Assembly: GCA_963707025.1 (NCBI GenBank)
Contig: CAVPOM010000003.1
Location: 192,001-256,000 of the forward strand
DNA: 64,000 nucleotides
Direction of reading: 5' to 3'
Source: an uncultured Verrucomicrobiae bacterium
Lineage (GTDB): Bacteria; Verrucomicrobiota; Verrucomicrobiia; Limisphaerales; Palsa-1400
Shown here: positions 30,916-43,400 of the stretch, piece by piece
How positions within the stretch are numbered: position 1 is the first letter of the stretch
How the letters are laid out: the number at the start of each line of letters is the position of its first letter
Position numbers and translations under genes: made by a program
The notes under the pieces: generated by a model
Told to the model about the DNA's origin: nothing
Database searches by the model: none
What the model saw: the letters and a program-made list of their open reading frames with translations, nothing else

Positions 30916-33900
30916 ATGAACCGTTTGTTGTTTGGCGACAATCTGAATTGGCTGCGGAACAGGGAGATTTTTCCCGACGCCAGCGTGGACCTGGTTTATT
31001 TGGACCCGCCCTTCAATTCCAACGCCGATTACAACGTGCTGTTCAGAGAAAGTTCCGGCGAAGCCAGCCAGGCCCAGTTCCACGCCTTCACCGACACCTG
31101 GAATTGGGCGGACGCCGACGCGACCTACCGCGACTTTATTGACAACTGCCCGAACACCGCTGTCGTGGAAATGGTGGAGGCGTTGCAGATGTTTTTGCGC
31201 CATTCCCCGATGATGGCGTATCTGGCCATGATGGCCCCGCGTTTGGTGGAACTGCATCGCGTCCTTAAATCTACAGGCAGCCTGTATCTCCATTGCGACC
31301 CGACCGCGAGTCATTATCTGCGAATGTTGTTGGATGGAATTTTTGGGCCAACAAATTTCCAGAACGAAATCATTTGGAAACGGACCAGCGCACATTCAGG
31401 AACAAAACGATGGGTGAGGTGGACCCCATCCTTTAGACCACGGAGCGCATGAAATAAGCGCGACTTTTGCCGATTGCTGTCATTACTAATTGTAGTTGAC
31501 TACTGTTCATTCCGTGTTTCAAAACCCTTTCGAAAAGAGAGAACGAGCGATGCGGAGCACTGCCCGTCCTCCCTCTCCGTTTTCTTAGGGTTCTCAACTC
31601 TACCGCCGCAGGCGGTCTGATTTCAAGCCTTTTCCTGCCGCCTGCCTCTCTGTCAAGTGCTGCGATCGCTCCTGCCTCTGGCAGGTTGCATCGCTTCCCA
31701 TTTGGCCGGTTGGGCTCCATGCGTGCCGGGATCAAAATACGCGTCCGCCGGCGTCGCATAGCCCAACGCCTGGTGCGGTCGTTCCCGGTTGTAGCCGTCA
31801 AACCACCGGCCCAGTCCGCGCCCTGCCGCCAACCCGTCGCCATAGTCTTGCAAATAAATGTCCTCATACTTGGCGCTCCGCCACAGCCGCTCGATAAACC
31901 GGTTGTCCATCCAGCGACCCCGTCCGTCCATGCTCACGTCCACCCCCGCCGATTCCACCGCATCGATAAACATCGGGGAGGTGAACTGCGATCCCTGGTC
32001 GGTATTGGAAATCAACGGCGCCTGACGCCCCGCCCGCAACGCCGCCTCCCAAGCGTCCACACAAAAGTCCGCCTCCAACGTGTTGCTCAAGCGCCATCCC
32101 AGCACGTAACGACTCCACCAATCCATCACCGCCACCAAATACATAAACCCAGTTGCCATAGGCACATACGTAATGTCCGAACACCAAACCTGATCCGGTC
32201 CCGTCACTGCCAAATTGCGTAACAGATACGGATAAATCTGGTGCCCCATCTCCCGCAGACTCGTCTTGGGCTTGGCGTAAATCGCCTCGATCCCCATCAA
32301 CCGCAGCAGCCGCACCACCCGTTTGCGATTGATGGTCAAACCCTCCCGGCGCAACAGCACGGTCAGTTTGCGGCTGCCATAAACCGGGTGGTCCAAATGC
32401 ATCTGGTCCAACCGCCGCATCAGCGCCAGGTTCTCCTCTGTCTCCGGACAGCACTGGTAATAATAACTGCCACGGCACACCGCCAGCAGCTCGCACTGGC
32501 GCCGCACGCTGAGCTGCGGATCGGGAGCGATTAAACATGTTAAAGCCCCAGTTGCCTGGACTTTTTTTTAAGCCAGTCCAAGTCCACCGTCAGTTGGCCA
32601 ATCTTCTCATGCAGTTGGGCAATCAACTGTTCCTGATCCTCCGTGCGGGGTTACCCGGGCTCAAACAATTCGGGCATGTGATCCCGAATCGTCGCCCGCC
32701 ACTGCGTGACCTGCGCCGGATGCACCGCATACTCTCGCGCCAATTGCGCGACCGTCTTCAGCCCCACCAGGGCTTCGAATCCCACTTTGGCCTTGAAGGC
32801 CGCACTGTGTCTTTTCCGTTTTGCTTTCATAAGTCTGCTCTTTCTTATCTACAGCAAACCGGCAAAAATCGAAACTTACCTGTGGTCTAAAAATAGGGGT
32901 CCAGCTCAGGGGTCCGGTTCACGATGTAATTTTGTTTTGCAGCAAAAGCGACAACTTCGCCTGGAATCAAATCTTCCAAGATTATTCCGCGGCTTACATT
33001 GACGGCTTTTATCACAACACAGATGAAAAGGGACGTTTTCAAATTGATAATTTGACAGGCGCCGGCACAAGAACTGGCGAATCTGGCCAAGCGTGGCGGC
33101 AGGTCAATCCAACAGAAGTCGGCCGTCATTGGGCTGTTCCAAACAAAATCCTATTGGAGACCTTTGGAAAAGAAGTCGGAGGATGGACCGTTCAGCAAAA
33201 GTTGGACGCCTTAGACAAACAAGGTTTGATTTATTGGCCACCGAAAGGTCGCGTTCCTCGTTTCAAACGCTATCTCAACGAAAAAGCCGGCGTTCCGATT
33301 AACGATATCATAACCGACATAAATCCAATCGGCGCTCAAGCCCAAGAGCGTCTTGGCTATCCAACGCAGAAACCACAATCATTGCTTGAACGCATCCTTG
33401 AAGCCAGCAGCAATCCGGGCAACATCGTCCTCGACCCGTTTTGCGGTTGCGGCACGACCATTCACGCGGCGCAAAAACTCGGCCGGCAATGGATTGGCAT
33501 TGATGTCACGTACCTGGCCATCAATCTCATCAAACGACGGCTCAAAGACGCTTTCGGGGAAGAAGTTCAATTTGAGGAACGCGGCCAGCCCACGGATTTC
33601 GGCAGCGCGAAGGCGCTGGCGGAACTGGACAAGTGGCAGTTCCAGCAATGGGCGCTCTCCCTGATTGATGCCCGTCCGCGCACGGACGGCGGCGGCAAAG
33701 GCGCGGATCGCGGCGTGGACGGAATGCTTTATTTTTACGAGAGCAAGGAGAAACGGGAGAGAATCCTGGTGCAGGTGAAAGGCGGCGGCGTGCAGCGCAA
33801 CGACGTGGCGACGCTGCTCGGCGACGTGAACAATCAGAAATTTGTGGCGGGCATCCTCATCACCCTGGAAAAGCCGTCCAAACCCATGCGCATCGAAGCC

Positions 33901-34080
33901 TCCGACGCGGGCCGGTACACCTCCAAACTTTGGCACGAAAAGGACTATCCCAAAATCCAGATTCTGACCATCGAAGGCCTGCTGGACAAAACGGAGCGCG
34001 TTGACGCCCCGCCGCCACTCAATCCCTTCGCCCAAGCCCAGCGCGAGTCCAAGCCCGAAAAACAACAGGAGATGCTGTGA
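30916..34080 (+). pseudogene. Beta-class N6/N4 DNA methyltransferase fused to an Mrr-like endonuclease, interrupted by IS3
   Basis: DLVYLDPPF, YPTQKP, DPFCGCGT, GADRGVDG..VQVK; removing the IS and the GGG TSD restores KRWGPVHDVILF (555 aa). Confidence 0.85.
31415..32908 (-). mobile_element. IS3-family element, copy 1 (1494 bp, TSD GGG; nonsense codon in orfA)
   Basis: TIRs TGAGGTGGACCCC/TGAGCTGGACCCC; rve-type orfB 31653-32507; CAA>TAA at 32651-32653. Confidence 0.95.
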
Positions 34081-34115
34081 GCATTTGATGTCGCGGCTTT
34101 CCCCTTAACATTTCC

Positions 34116-34922
34116 GTGGACATATCCTTCAAGCCCAGCCCGCACGAGGAAGCCATCGCTCTCGTCAAAGGAAAGCCCGTCGTCTTGGCGAAGGTTTTCT
34201 ATCCACTGCCGCCTGAAATCCGCGCCCGCCTTTTCACCATCTCCGGCGTCGAGTCAGCCAATGTGATGGAGGCCGTGCGAGAGGAGGTAGCCGCCGTCCC
34301 ATCCGGCCAAACCTGGGACAAAAGCAAAAAAAACATCACGGCTGCCCTCGAACCGTATTTCGGCAAGGAAGCGGCAAGAATACGAGCCGAAGTGATCCTG
34401 CGGGTCAATTGCTACCAGGCCCTGGCCACCGCCAACCACCGCTACATCATGGCCTCGCCGAACATTACGCATTGCCGATACGTCCACGGAAATTGCGAGG
34501 TGCCCACGCCGAGCCACCTCGCGCTCGACGGCATTATCCTCCCCAAAGACGATCCGTTCTGGGACGATCACACCGGCCCGTGGGGCCATCTCGGCTGCGT
34601 CTGCAGAAAAATCGGCCTCTTCGGCGACACGGTTGCCGCCGAGGAAAAGAACGACCAGGCGCGCGAGCCGGACGAAAAAATGGTCCTGACCGGCCCGGCC
34701 CTTTCCCACCTGCACGACGGCGATTTCATCCGCGCCGGGAAAAAATACTCCGTCGGCACCGCGGAGGACAATTTCCAATGGCACCCAGATTACCTGGGCC
34801 TCTCGTTGCAAGAACTGAAAGCGCGCTACGACAGCGAAATATGGAGCCGATTTAAAGAAACCGCTCAAAGGACAACTATTGAGAAGAGCGTCAGCCTTTG
34901 GGAATGGCTCGGCGGGGAGTAA
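34116..34922 (+). CDS. Phage Mu gpF / SPP1 gp7-like minor head morphogenesis protein
   Basis: FTISGV N-terminus; H.ALDG..LP.DDPFW..H..P....C.C. Confidence 0.7.
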   Translation: MDISFKPSPHEEAIALVKGKPVVLAKVFYPLPPEIRARLFTISGVESANVMEAVREEVAAVPSGQTWDKSKKNITAALEPYFGKEAARIRAEVILRVNCYQALATANHRYIMASPNITHCRYVHGNCEVPTPSHLALDGIILPKDDPFWDDHTGPWGHLGCVCRKIGLFGDTVAAEEKNDQAREPDEKMVLTGPALSHLHDGDFIRAGKKYSVGTAEDNFQWHPDYLGLSLQELKARYDSEIWSRFKETAQRTTIEKSVSLWEWLGGE

Positions 34923-35310
34923 CTGCCACCGAGGCATCATGCCCGCGCGCCCCTTCTTGCCCGTCCTCAGCGGATGGCTCACTCCCGCCGCCGAAACCCA
35001 GATCGCCGCCGCCGGCCAGGCCGCGCTGTACCGGCAAATCAAAGGCTGACCATGCGCCCGGCCACAAAAGGGGAAATCCCGGAAATCCCGGAAAGACAGA
35101 CCCGCGCCGCCCGCGTAGATTGACGCCGTGACATCGAATAGCGCCATCGCCACTTTGGCCGCCAGCCTCAAGAACGGCTGGAAACTCGGACAAAACGGTC
35201 ATTGTCGGTGCGGTGGGCGGAGCCAGTTGCGCCACAGCCCCAACAGTTCAAAGCCAAAATCGGTGGTCAATCGTGGCATTCGTAAAATCCGCAGTTGTAA
35301 TAAATTCCGC

Positions 35311-35586
35311 ATGAAATCCATCAAACCAACATTCCAGGACTTTCGACTTCCGCCTGCCCGCCGGTTCATCGCACCGGACGCCCCCGGCAAAATCCAGATC
35401 CTCCGTCCCGAACTCACAACCGCGCAGTTTGCCAAAATGATCAACCGCACCCCCAGCCGGGTCCGCCAACTTTACGACCAGGGCATGATCAAAGGCCGGC
35501 GCCTTCCCGGCAGGACACATTACGGACGCATCCTCATCCCCGTCCAAGAACTCACCCCCTGGCTCGGAGACAACGAACCGGCCTGA
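35311..35586 (+). CDS. Excisionase-like HTH DNA-binding protein
   Basis: LTTAQFAKMINRTPSRVRQLYDQGMIKG..GRILIP. Confidence 0.6.
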   Translation: MKSIKPTFQDFRLPPARRFIAPDAPGKIQILRPELTTAQFAKMINRTPSRVRQLYDQGMIKGRRLPGRTHYGRILIPVQELTPWLGDNEPA

Positions 35587-35767
35587 AGGAGAATCGCAAA
35601 TATCGCAAACATCGCCTGTAAATCCTGAAAAGAAGTGCCCAAAGTGCCTCTATGGCAAAAACAACTGTCAATGCAGGAACGTCCCAGCAAGCCCAATATC
35701 GGCGGCGTCGCCCGGCTTGCAAAAACCAAGCCCGTACAAAATGTAAATCCAACAAAATCAACATATT

Positions 35768-36028
35768 ATGCTTAGATTAGATAAAGACGAGTTCGGTCCA
35801 GCTCTCAGAAAGCTTCGAGATCTGCCCAACAAGCTAAAACAATGGGAAAGAGAAATGAACGCCGCGAGGCCGTTCCGCTTGACCATCGGGAAACCGGCCA
35901 TGAAAGGCCCATTCTCAAACCCCGGAGGCGGCGTGAATCATTTTCACGGGATTTTCGAAAGGGAGCGGAGGGAGGAGGAAATCCGCGCAAGACTCCAAGC
36001 AAAGGCCGATGACTACATGAAACATTAA
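35768..36028 (+). CDS. Hypothetical protein
   Basis: 86-aa ATG ORF within the phage-like cluster. Confidence 0.4.
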   Translation: MLRLDKDEFGPALRKLRDLPNKLKQWEREMNAARPFRLTIGKPAMKGPFSNPGGGVNHFHGIFERERREEEIRARLQAKADDYMKH

Positions 36029-36053
36029 GCAAAACCGGGCCAATAAAGTTAGG

Positions 36054-36085
36054 AATTAAGCCAAATTAAGCCAAATTAAGCCAAA
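36054..36085 (+). repeat. 10-bp tandem repeat (aattaagcca x3)
   Basis: Directly upstream of the ATG at 36095. Confidence 0.8.
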
Positions 36086-36094
36086 AAAAGATTT

Positions 36095-36763
36095 ATGACG
36101 CGAAAAGGCAAAATAGCACGGCTGCCGCAAGCCATCCGTGAGCAGATCAACGTCCGCCTGCAAAACGGGGCCGAAGGCAAACAAATCGCCGAATGGCTCA
36201 ATACGCTGCCCGAGGTCCAGGCCGTCATCGCGGCGGAATTTGAAGGCCAGCCCGTCAACGAACCCAACCTCTCGCACTGGAAACTCGGCGGATACCGGGA
36301 TTGGGAGGCCCAACAGCAGGCATTGGAAGCCGTCTCCAGGATCGGAGCGGACGCCGCCGAGATCAATCAGTTGGCTGGCGGACAACTGGCTGATCAATTG
36401 GCCCTTTGCCTGACCGCGCGCATCGCCGTTTCCTTGCAACAGCCCTGTTCCGATGGCGATGATGCTGAAAAACAACGGCAACGGCTGGGCCAATTGTGCG
36501 CGCACCTGGTGGCGCTGCGCAAGGGGGATCACAACGCCGAGTGGCTGCGCATCGAGCGCAAAAAGTTGGAGGTGGCGGTGGAGAAAAACGCGGGCGAACA
36601 AGCCGAACGCTTCATCAAGCTGGTCAACGACCAGGAAGCCGCCGCCATCGCCCTCAGCAGCATGCCGACCCCGGAAAAAATCCAGAAACTTCGCGAAGCC
36701 TACTTTGCCGACGTTGACGCTTTGGAGGCCACGGGCGAAATCCAGGCAATGATGCCCAAATGA
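36095..36763 (+). CDS. Mu gp27/DUF3486-like phage protein
   Basis: R.GKIARLP..IREQIN.RL.NG....I..WLN N-terminal helical motif. Confidence 0.55.
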   Translation: MTRKGKIARLPQAIREQINVRLQNGAEGKQIAEWLNTLPEVQAVIAAEFEGQPVNEPNLSHWKLGGYRDWEAQQQALEAVSRIGADAAEINQLAGGQLADQLALCLTARIAVSLQQPCSDGDDAEKQRQRLGQLCAHLVALRKGDHNAEWLRIERKKLEVAVEKNAGEQAERFIKLVNDQEAAAIALSSMPTPEKIQKLREAYFADVDALEATGEIQAMMPK

Positions 36764-36934
36764 GCCGCAAGGGTATTGAGGCCGCTGTCATCCAACGCGC
36801 CGGAAATGAAAAGTCGCAACACGTTCGACGCAAGGAGGTTGCTGCGCGAGTTTGAGCGGATCTGGCCTGCCAGACAGCCTGGTTTCGAGGGGCCAGCCCC
36901 TCCTCCGCAAGGGAGAAATGAAAAAGTTCAATAT

Positions 36935-36977
36935 GTTGGATTTTTCTCTTGCATGTTGATATGGATTATGGTGTAAT
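36935..36977 (+). promoter_or_regulatory. Promoter of giant protein gene 3
   Basis: ttttctcTTGCAT-17-TGTAAT; shared motif. Confidence 0.6.
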
Positions 36978-37406
36978 CCGCTCAAATACAGCATCTGAAC
37001 AGCAGGGGAAGCCCGTCTTAATTGGGTATGTTGAAGCGGGCCAACACCGCGGCGGATTGGTTGTTAAGTCTTGAGTATGAAAATGATAGACATGCCAGGC
37101 CGGAAGTTCGAGGGGCGCCGTTTGGGGTTTGCCGGGGACGTGGTTCCCATGGGGTTCAAATGCATAACCGCAGGATTTCCGATGGATTGGGCAAGCCTCA
37201 ATCCGGCATGATAATCTCGTAAGAACTGCGATCAGATTAAACCAACATTTGTTCCGAACCGACCGACTGCGAAGAAAAACAAACCGGTGCCTTGGAAAAA
37301 GAAGCGGCGGGGTTTTGTCGCCTCTGCTCCACCACCCAACCAGCAAATTTGTATGAACATCAGCAAGTTAAATTGTCAACCCACAACGGAAACCACTCCA
37401 AATCCT

Positions 37407-40400
37407 ATGCGTAAACACCCAAGCAGCATCCCGATTGTCCTGGCCATGCTTTTGGCGTCCATCGCCGGCCTGACCGCGCACGCCCAATCCTTCACCCCCT
37501 ACTCCAACGCGGTTGTCGCTCTGAATCCGCTCGGCTTTTGGCCGTTGACAGAGACCGTGGCGCCGCCCGCCACCCCGCCGGTCGCGAACAACCAGGGTTC
37601 CCTGGGCTCCACTGGCAATGGGCAGTACTTGGGCGGCGTTTATCCCGGCCAGCCCGGGGCGTTGACGCTTTCCGGCGACAACAGCACTTCGGCGGGTTTC
37701 GACCGGTCCACAGGCGAGGTGGTGGTTCCTTACAGCTCGGGGTTGACCCAGGGCGGGACTTTGGGGATGACATCGGGAGTTGGGGCGGGGTTCACCGCTG
37801 AGTGCTGGTTCAATCCGCTGTTCACCAACGGCACTGCGGAATACATGCTTGGCTATGGCGATTTTGGCAACACCGCCGCCAACCCCCTCACTGCCAGCGG
37901 CGCCAGCATCTATTCAGGTTTCCTTTTGGAAATGACCGGCGCCAGGCTCGAGGTTAAGCTTTACAACACCAACGGCACGACCGCATCGGAGACTCTGGAA
38001 ACTGTCTCCACCGCTGCCTTCCTTTTGCAACAGAACACCTGGTATCATGTCGGCGTGGTGTTTAGCAATAATCCCACAGGCACTTTTAACCTCTTCATCT
38101 ACACCAATGGCGTGCTCGCCACCAGCGCCAATGTCGCGTCGGTCAATGGCCTGGGTTACGCCTTCGTGTCCGATGACGGCCTCGGCCAGGCTGGCACTTC
38201 CATCGGCACCACTTTCACGGTGGGATGCGAGCCAAACCAGGAAGGCTTCTTCCAGGGCAACATCTGCCAGGCGGCCCTTTATCCCAGCGCGCTCTCGTCA
38301 ACTGTCCTGTTGTCGCACTATAACAACGGGCACAATCCCGCTCCCCTGCAGACTTACTCTTCGCTGGTATTGGCGTCCTCCCCCTTGGTCTATCTTCCCC
38401 TGAATGAGAATGGCGCCGGCTACACCTATCCGGTGGCGAATAACTACGGCAGCGCCGGCGCCGCCGGCAACGGGTATTATCTGCCAGGCACAAATCCTGG
38501 CGGCTCCAATGGACCGGCCGCGCTCGGTTCGCCCCAAGTCGTGACCTTCCCCCCCAGCACGCAACGGACGGCCTACGGGTTGACCGAAACCGGCCGGGCG
38601 TTGACCGTCGGCGCCAACGTGGAAATCGCTCCGCTCAACGACCTCCTTTTAAACATCAACACTAATTTCATGGCCTTGCCCTCCTCGACCGCCAACACCA
38701 ATACGACGGTCCTGGCCTGGGTCCAAGTCCCGACAGGCCCGGTCCCCTGGTTCCAGAGGCTCATGGGCAGGAACGACGGCAGTTCCTGGAGAATGAACCT
38801 GAATCAAGGCTTTTATGTGCCCACCAACAACTTCCCTGGATACCCTGATTTCGTGGACGGCGGCCCGGACAACGTTGGCACAACCGCCATCAACGACGGC
38901 CTGTGGCATTTCTGGGCGGCTACATACAATGAAACCAACTTCACCGAGTCCCTTTATATTGACGGCGTCCTCGCCAACAGTTCGTTGATCCAGACCCTGC
39001 CTTCGTATGCCAACACTTCACCGCTGACCATCGGATCAGGAGCCACCAGCACCGGGGACGACGGCGGCAATTTTATGAACGGCAACATCTGTGGCGTCGC
39101 CGTCTTTACCAATGCCTTGTCGCAGGCTCAGATTCAGGCGATCTATGGCTCCACGTACGGCGGCATCATCACCCAGCCGCCGGCCACCGTCAATTATGCC
39201 GCCGGCCCTATCAGCATTTCTGCGGCTGTGCAAGGTTCCTTCGTCCAATGGTACACAGGCACTCCCGGCAGCGGCACGCCCGTCGGGACCGGGGGTAGCG
39301 GTGAGATTTCAGGAGCCAACACCGAGACCTTGACTCTCAATCCTCCCGCGCCGGCCGACTTCACCACCTATTTCGTGATCGTCGGCAACGGCACGACCCT
39401 GGCCAACAGCACCCTCACGGCAACGAGCAGCGTCGTCACGCTGAGCAAACTCAGCATCTCCGGCTCTTTTGTCGCGTCCGTGCAGGCCCTCAACCCGGTC
39501 GGCTTCTGGCCGCTCAACGAGAGCAGCGGCACGGTGGCCTATAACTGGGGCAGTTTGGGAGCCGTCGCCAACGGCGTCTATGTGGCTGACCCGAACGGAT
39601 CCTCCACCTACACCCTGCTGGGCGTGGCGGGACCGAATTATCCCAACATGCCCTCAGCGATGGCCTTCGAATTGGGCTCGACCCGTGCCACTGATATGTC
39701 TGGCGCCGGCGTTTATGTTCCCAACCAGCCCGGCCTCGAGCTTTCAGGAAGCAATTCCATCACGAGAACACCCAATCCGGTCTCGATAGCGGAATGGGTC
39801 CAAGTGATCGGCACTCCCACTTGGTTCCAGAGCGTCACAGGCAAGGGCGACGATTCCTATCGCACGGATGAGGAAGAACCCAACGCCGGGTGGAACGCCC
39901 ACGCCAGCAGCGACCTGCAATCTACTTTCAGCCTGGCTGATGGCAAGTGGCACTTCTGGGTTGGCACATGGGATGGCATCAAGGTTCAGAATCTCTACAT
40001 TGATGGCCTGCTGGCCGGAAACAACACCGTCTCGCCCAACACGGGCGGCAATTCACACCAATTCTTCATCGGCGGCGCGCCCGATTACGTTGGCCGCAAC
40101 TTTTCCGGCAACATCGCCACCGTGGCCGTATTCAACTATGCGTTCACGGCGGCCCAGGCTCTGCAGCTTTGGAACACCATGTACACCCCCTCCATCACCG
40201 TGCCGGCCAATGTGTATTATGCCAGCGGCACCGGCGGCGCGAGCATTACCGCCCAGGCGCAAGGCCCCTACCAGCAATGGTACTACGGCACGCCCGGCAC
40301 CGGCACGCCGGTTTTCAATAGTGGCAGTATCTCAGGAGCGGGCACCACTTTGGGCTCAGCCCTTCCCATTCTGACCTTCACGGCCTCCGGCAGTCCCCTG

Positions 40401-43400
40401 GCTCTTCCGCCGGGCGACTACGGCACCTATTACCTGGTGGTGGGCGATAACAACGGCAACTTTGTCACCAGCAGCGTCGTGACCTTTGCCTCGCTCAGCC
40501 TCGGCGGCACCTTCGACAATGCGGTGCTGGCCCTCAATCCCATCGCCTACTGGCCGCTCAATGAGCCGCCGGCAATGTTGCCTTGAATTACACCCCCACC
40601 TTTGGCCCCGCTCTGAACGGCGTTATCCAGCAGAACAGCGAAGTGCCCAACGTGCTCGGGTTGCCCGGACCGGCTGGTAGCGGGTTCGGTGGCGGCAACA
40701 ATGCCATTTCCTTCGGCCTCCTCACCCCCGGTCCCGGCAACGACCTGCTAGGGGCCAATTATTGTGGAACGGAAAACAATCTTGCCGGGACCCCGTCGGG
40801 CACTGGCATTCGGATTGCCAACAGCAACCTCATGGTTGTCTCCAACTTGAGCATAGCCATGTGGGCTTTGCTGCCGCATAATCTGAATACGGGAGGCAAT
40901 CAAGGCTACGCCTATGGCCAGCAAAACAACGCCAACGGAAACATGGCTTTCTTGGGAGCGACCGGGGGTGGCGCGATCTATTGGTCGGATGGCGGCAACG
41001 CCTTCCAAGGCGGTCCTAATCTGGGCGACGGCACCTGGCACTTCTGGGTGGCGACTTACAATGCCACCAATACCACGACCTCTAATTTTATTGACGGCGT
41101 TTACGTTGCGGGGACCGCAAAAGTACAGGCCAACATCCCCACCTTCAACACGGCTGACGAGATCACGACCATTGGCTCTGATTCTCCCGGCGGTTTCACC
41201 CGGAATTGGAACGGCGACATCTGCCGGATGGCTGTTTTCAGCAACACCCTGACGCCGGCCCAGATCTCCAGTCTGTATAACGTGGCCGGTTTCCCGCCGA
41301 CCTTCACAGTGCAGCCGCCCCCATTGGTGGTCGCCAACGCCGGCACCGTGGCCACCTTGGGCATAGTGACCGCCACGGGAAGCGGGCCGCCCACCTTCCA
41401 GTGGTACAGTGGCGCGCCCGGTTCCGGGACCGCCTTGACCGCTGGCCCGCGCTATCCTTCCGGAGTGACCGGCTCCTCCCTTGTGATTGACCCCGTGGAG
41501 CCAGGCGACGCCGGAGGTTATTACGTGATGGCCATTAACTTCGTCGCGTCCGTTCCCAGCACCGCGGTTACGCTGTCGGTTCCTACCGCGGTCACTGCGG
41601 ATGTTTACGCGGGCGGGAGTCCCACCTTCACCGCGGCGCCGGGCGCCGCTTCTTATCAGTGGAGCAGCAACGGATTCGCGGTCACCGGGGCGACCGGCAG
41701 CTCTTTCACCCTGGCCAACGTGACGGTGGCCCAATCTCCCGTGACGGTGTCTTGTTTGATTAACGGCACCATCAGCAGCGCCACTTATACGGTGAATATC
41801 GCCGCCGCGCCGACCGACTTGTATCCTCTGGCGGTGCTGGCCGACCATCCCATCGCCTACTGGCGTTTGGATGAAGCCGATAATGGAACCGGCAACAACG
41901 GGCTGCCTGCCTTCGATTATATCAGCGGCAACAATGGCATTTACAGCAACACCACCCTCGGCGCGACGGGCTACCCCATTGACGCCGGCGTGGCTGTCAA
42001 CAGCGACGGGGCGGCCCAGTTTGGCTCGCTGGCCACCTCCGACAGCTTTGCCGCGTTCATTCAGAATATAGATTTCGGGCTGGCGGCCAGCAATTCCCCG
42101 GCCCAACTCGGCAACGGGGAGTTCTCGGTGGAAGCCTGGGTCTTTGGAGTGCAAGGAGGCAACAGGGGCATCGTCACCAAGGGCTATGGCGGCGGCAACC
42201 AGACCTTGCCGTACGGCGAGCAGTTCTCGCTCCAGACCAGCGCCGCCGGCGCGAATTTCGAGTTCCTGGTTAATGACGCGGCCGACGACACCGCCAACCT
42301 CACCTATGTCACCAGCCCCAACGCCTTGAGCGGCGATTTCGTCACGCCGCTCTGGTACCACCTGGTCGGCGTCTGTGACCAGACCAATGGCTACATTTAT
42401 CTCTATAAAAACGGTTTGCTGGCCGGCAGATCCGCCCTGGGCGCCGGCAAAGGGATCTTAAGCGCGCCGACCACGCCGTTGAGCATCGGCGCCAAGCAAA
42501 CGGCCGACGACAGCGGCAACTACACCGGCCAGTGGATTGGAACGGTTGATGAAGTGGCCATTTACAACAAGGCCCTGACCTCCAACCAGGTGCAGAACCA
42601 CTATTTCGCCGCCGGGATTGTGCCCATCTTCCTGGTGGAACCGACCAACGATCCCAACATCGGCAGTTCCGCCAGTACCAACGCGGGTCTGGGATCGAGC
42701 GTGACGCTGACCTCGCTGGGCTTCGGCAGCCCGGCCTTGCATTACCAATGGTATGATTACAATGGCGGCGCACCCATTGCGGTGAGTTCGGCGGCTGAAC
42801 CGGGAAACATCGGGGCCACCACGCCGACGCTCACGCTGAAGAACGTCAGCTCGATCGCCGCCGGCGGCACCGTCAACACCATCGGGAGCGGGGCTTTCTT
42901 TGTGACGGTGAGCAACCCCTATGGCTCCACCAATAGTGCCATTGTGACGATCACCCCTGTTTCCGGCCCGCCGTCCATCAGCCCGAATCTGCCGGACACG
43001 ACCTACGCGCTGGTGGGCGGCTCCGCTGTTTTCTCCGTGGGCCAGAACGGGCAATTCCCGCAAACCAATGCCTGGTACTACAACAACGGCGGCGGCGCCG
43101 TGAAGCTGACGGAACGGGCCCCGTATCAGCGGCTCCACCACCGGCAAGCTGACGATTGCCAACGTGACGCTGGCCGACGAGGGCACTTATCAGGTATTTA
43201 TCACCAACGCCATCTCGTATCCGTCCGCAGTGTCGAGTTCTCCTTCAACGCTGGTGGTTGACTTGGAGCCGGCCTTCAACGGCGGCGGCGGCTGGACGCT
43301 GAATTTCGTGGGGGGGACGACAACGTTCCCGACCATCTCCGGCACCTTGCTGACCATTTCGCAAGATGTCGGTGGTCAGGCCAACAGTTTCTTCTTCAAT

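Noticed and set aside
34116..36763. Intact prophage
   Set aside because: No integrase or transposase, large terminase, portal, capsid or tail genes
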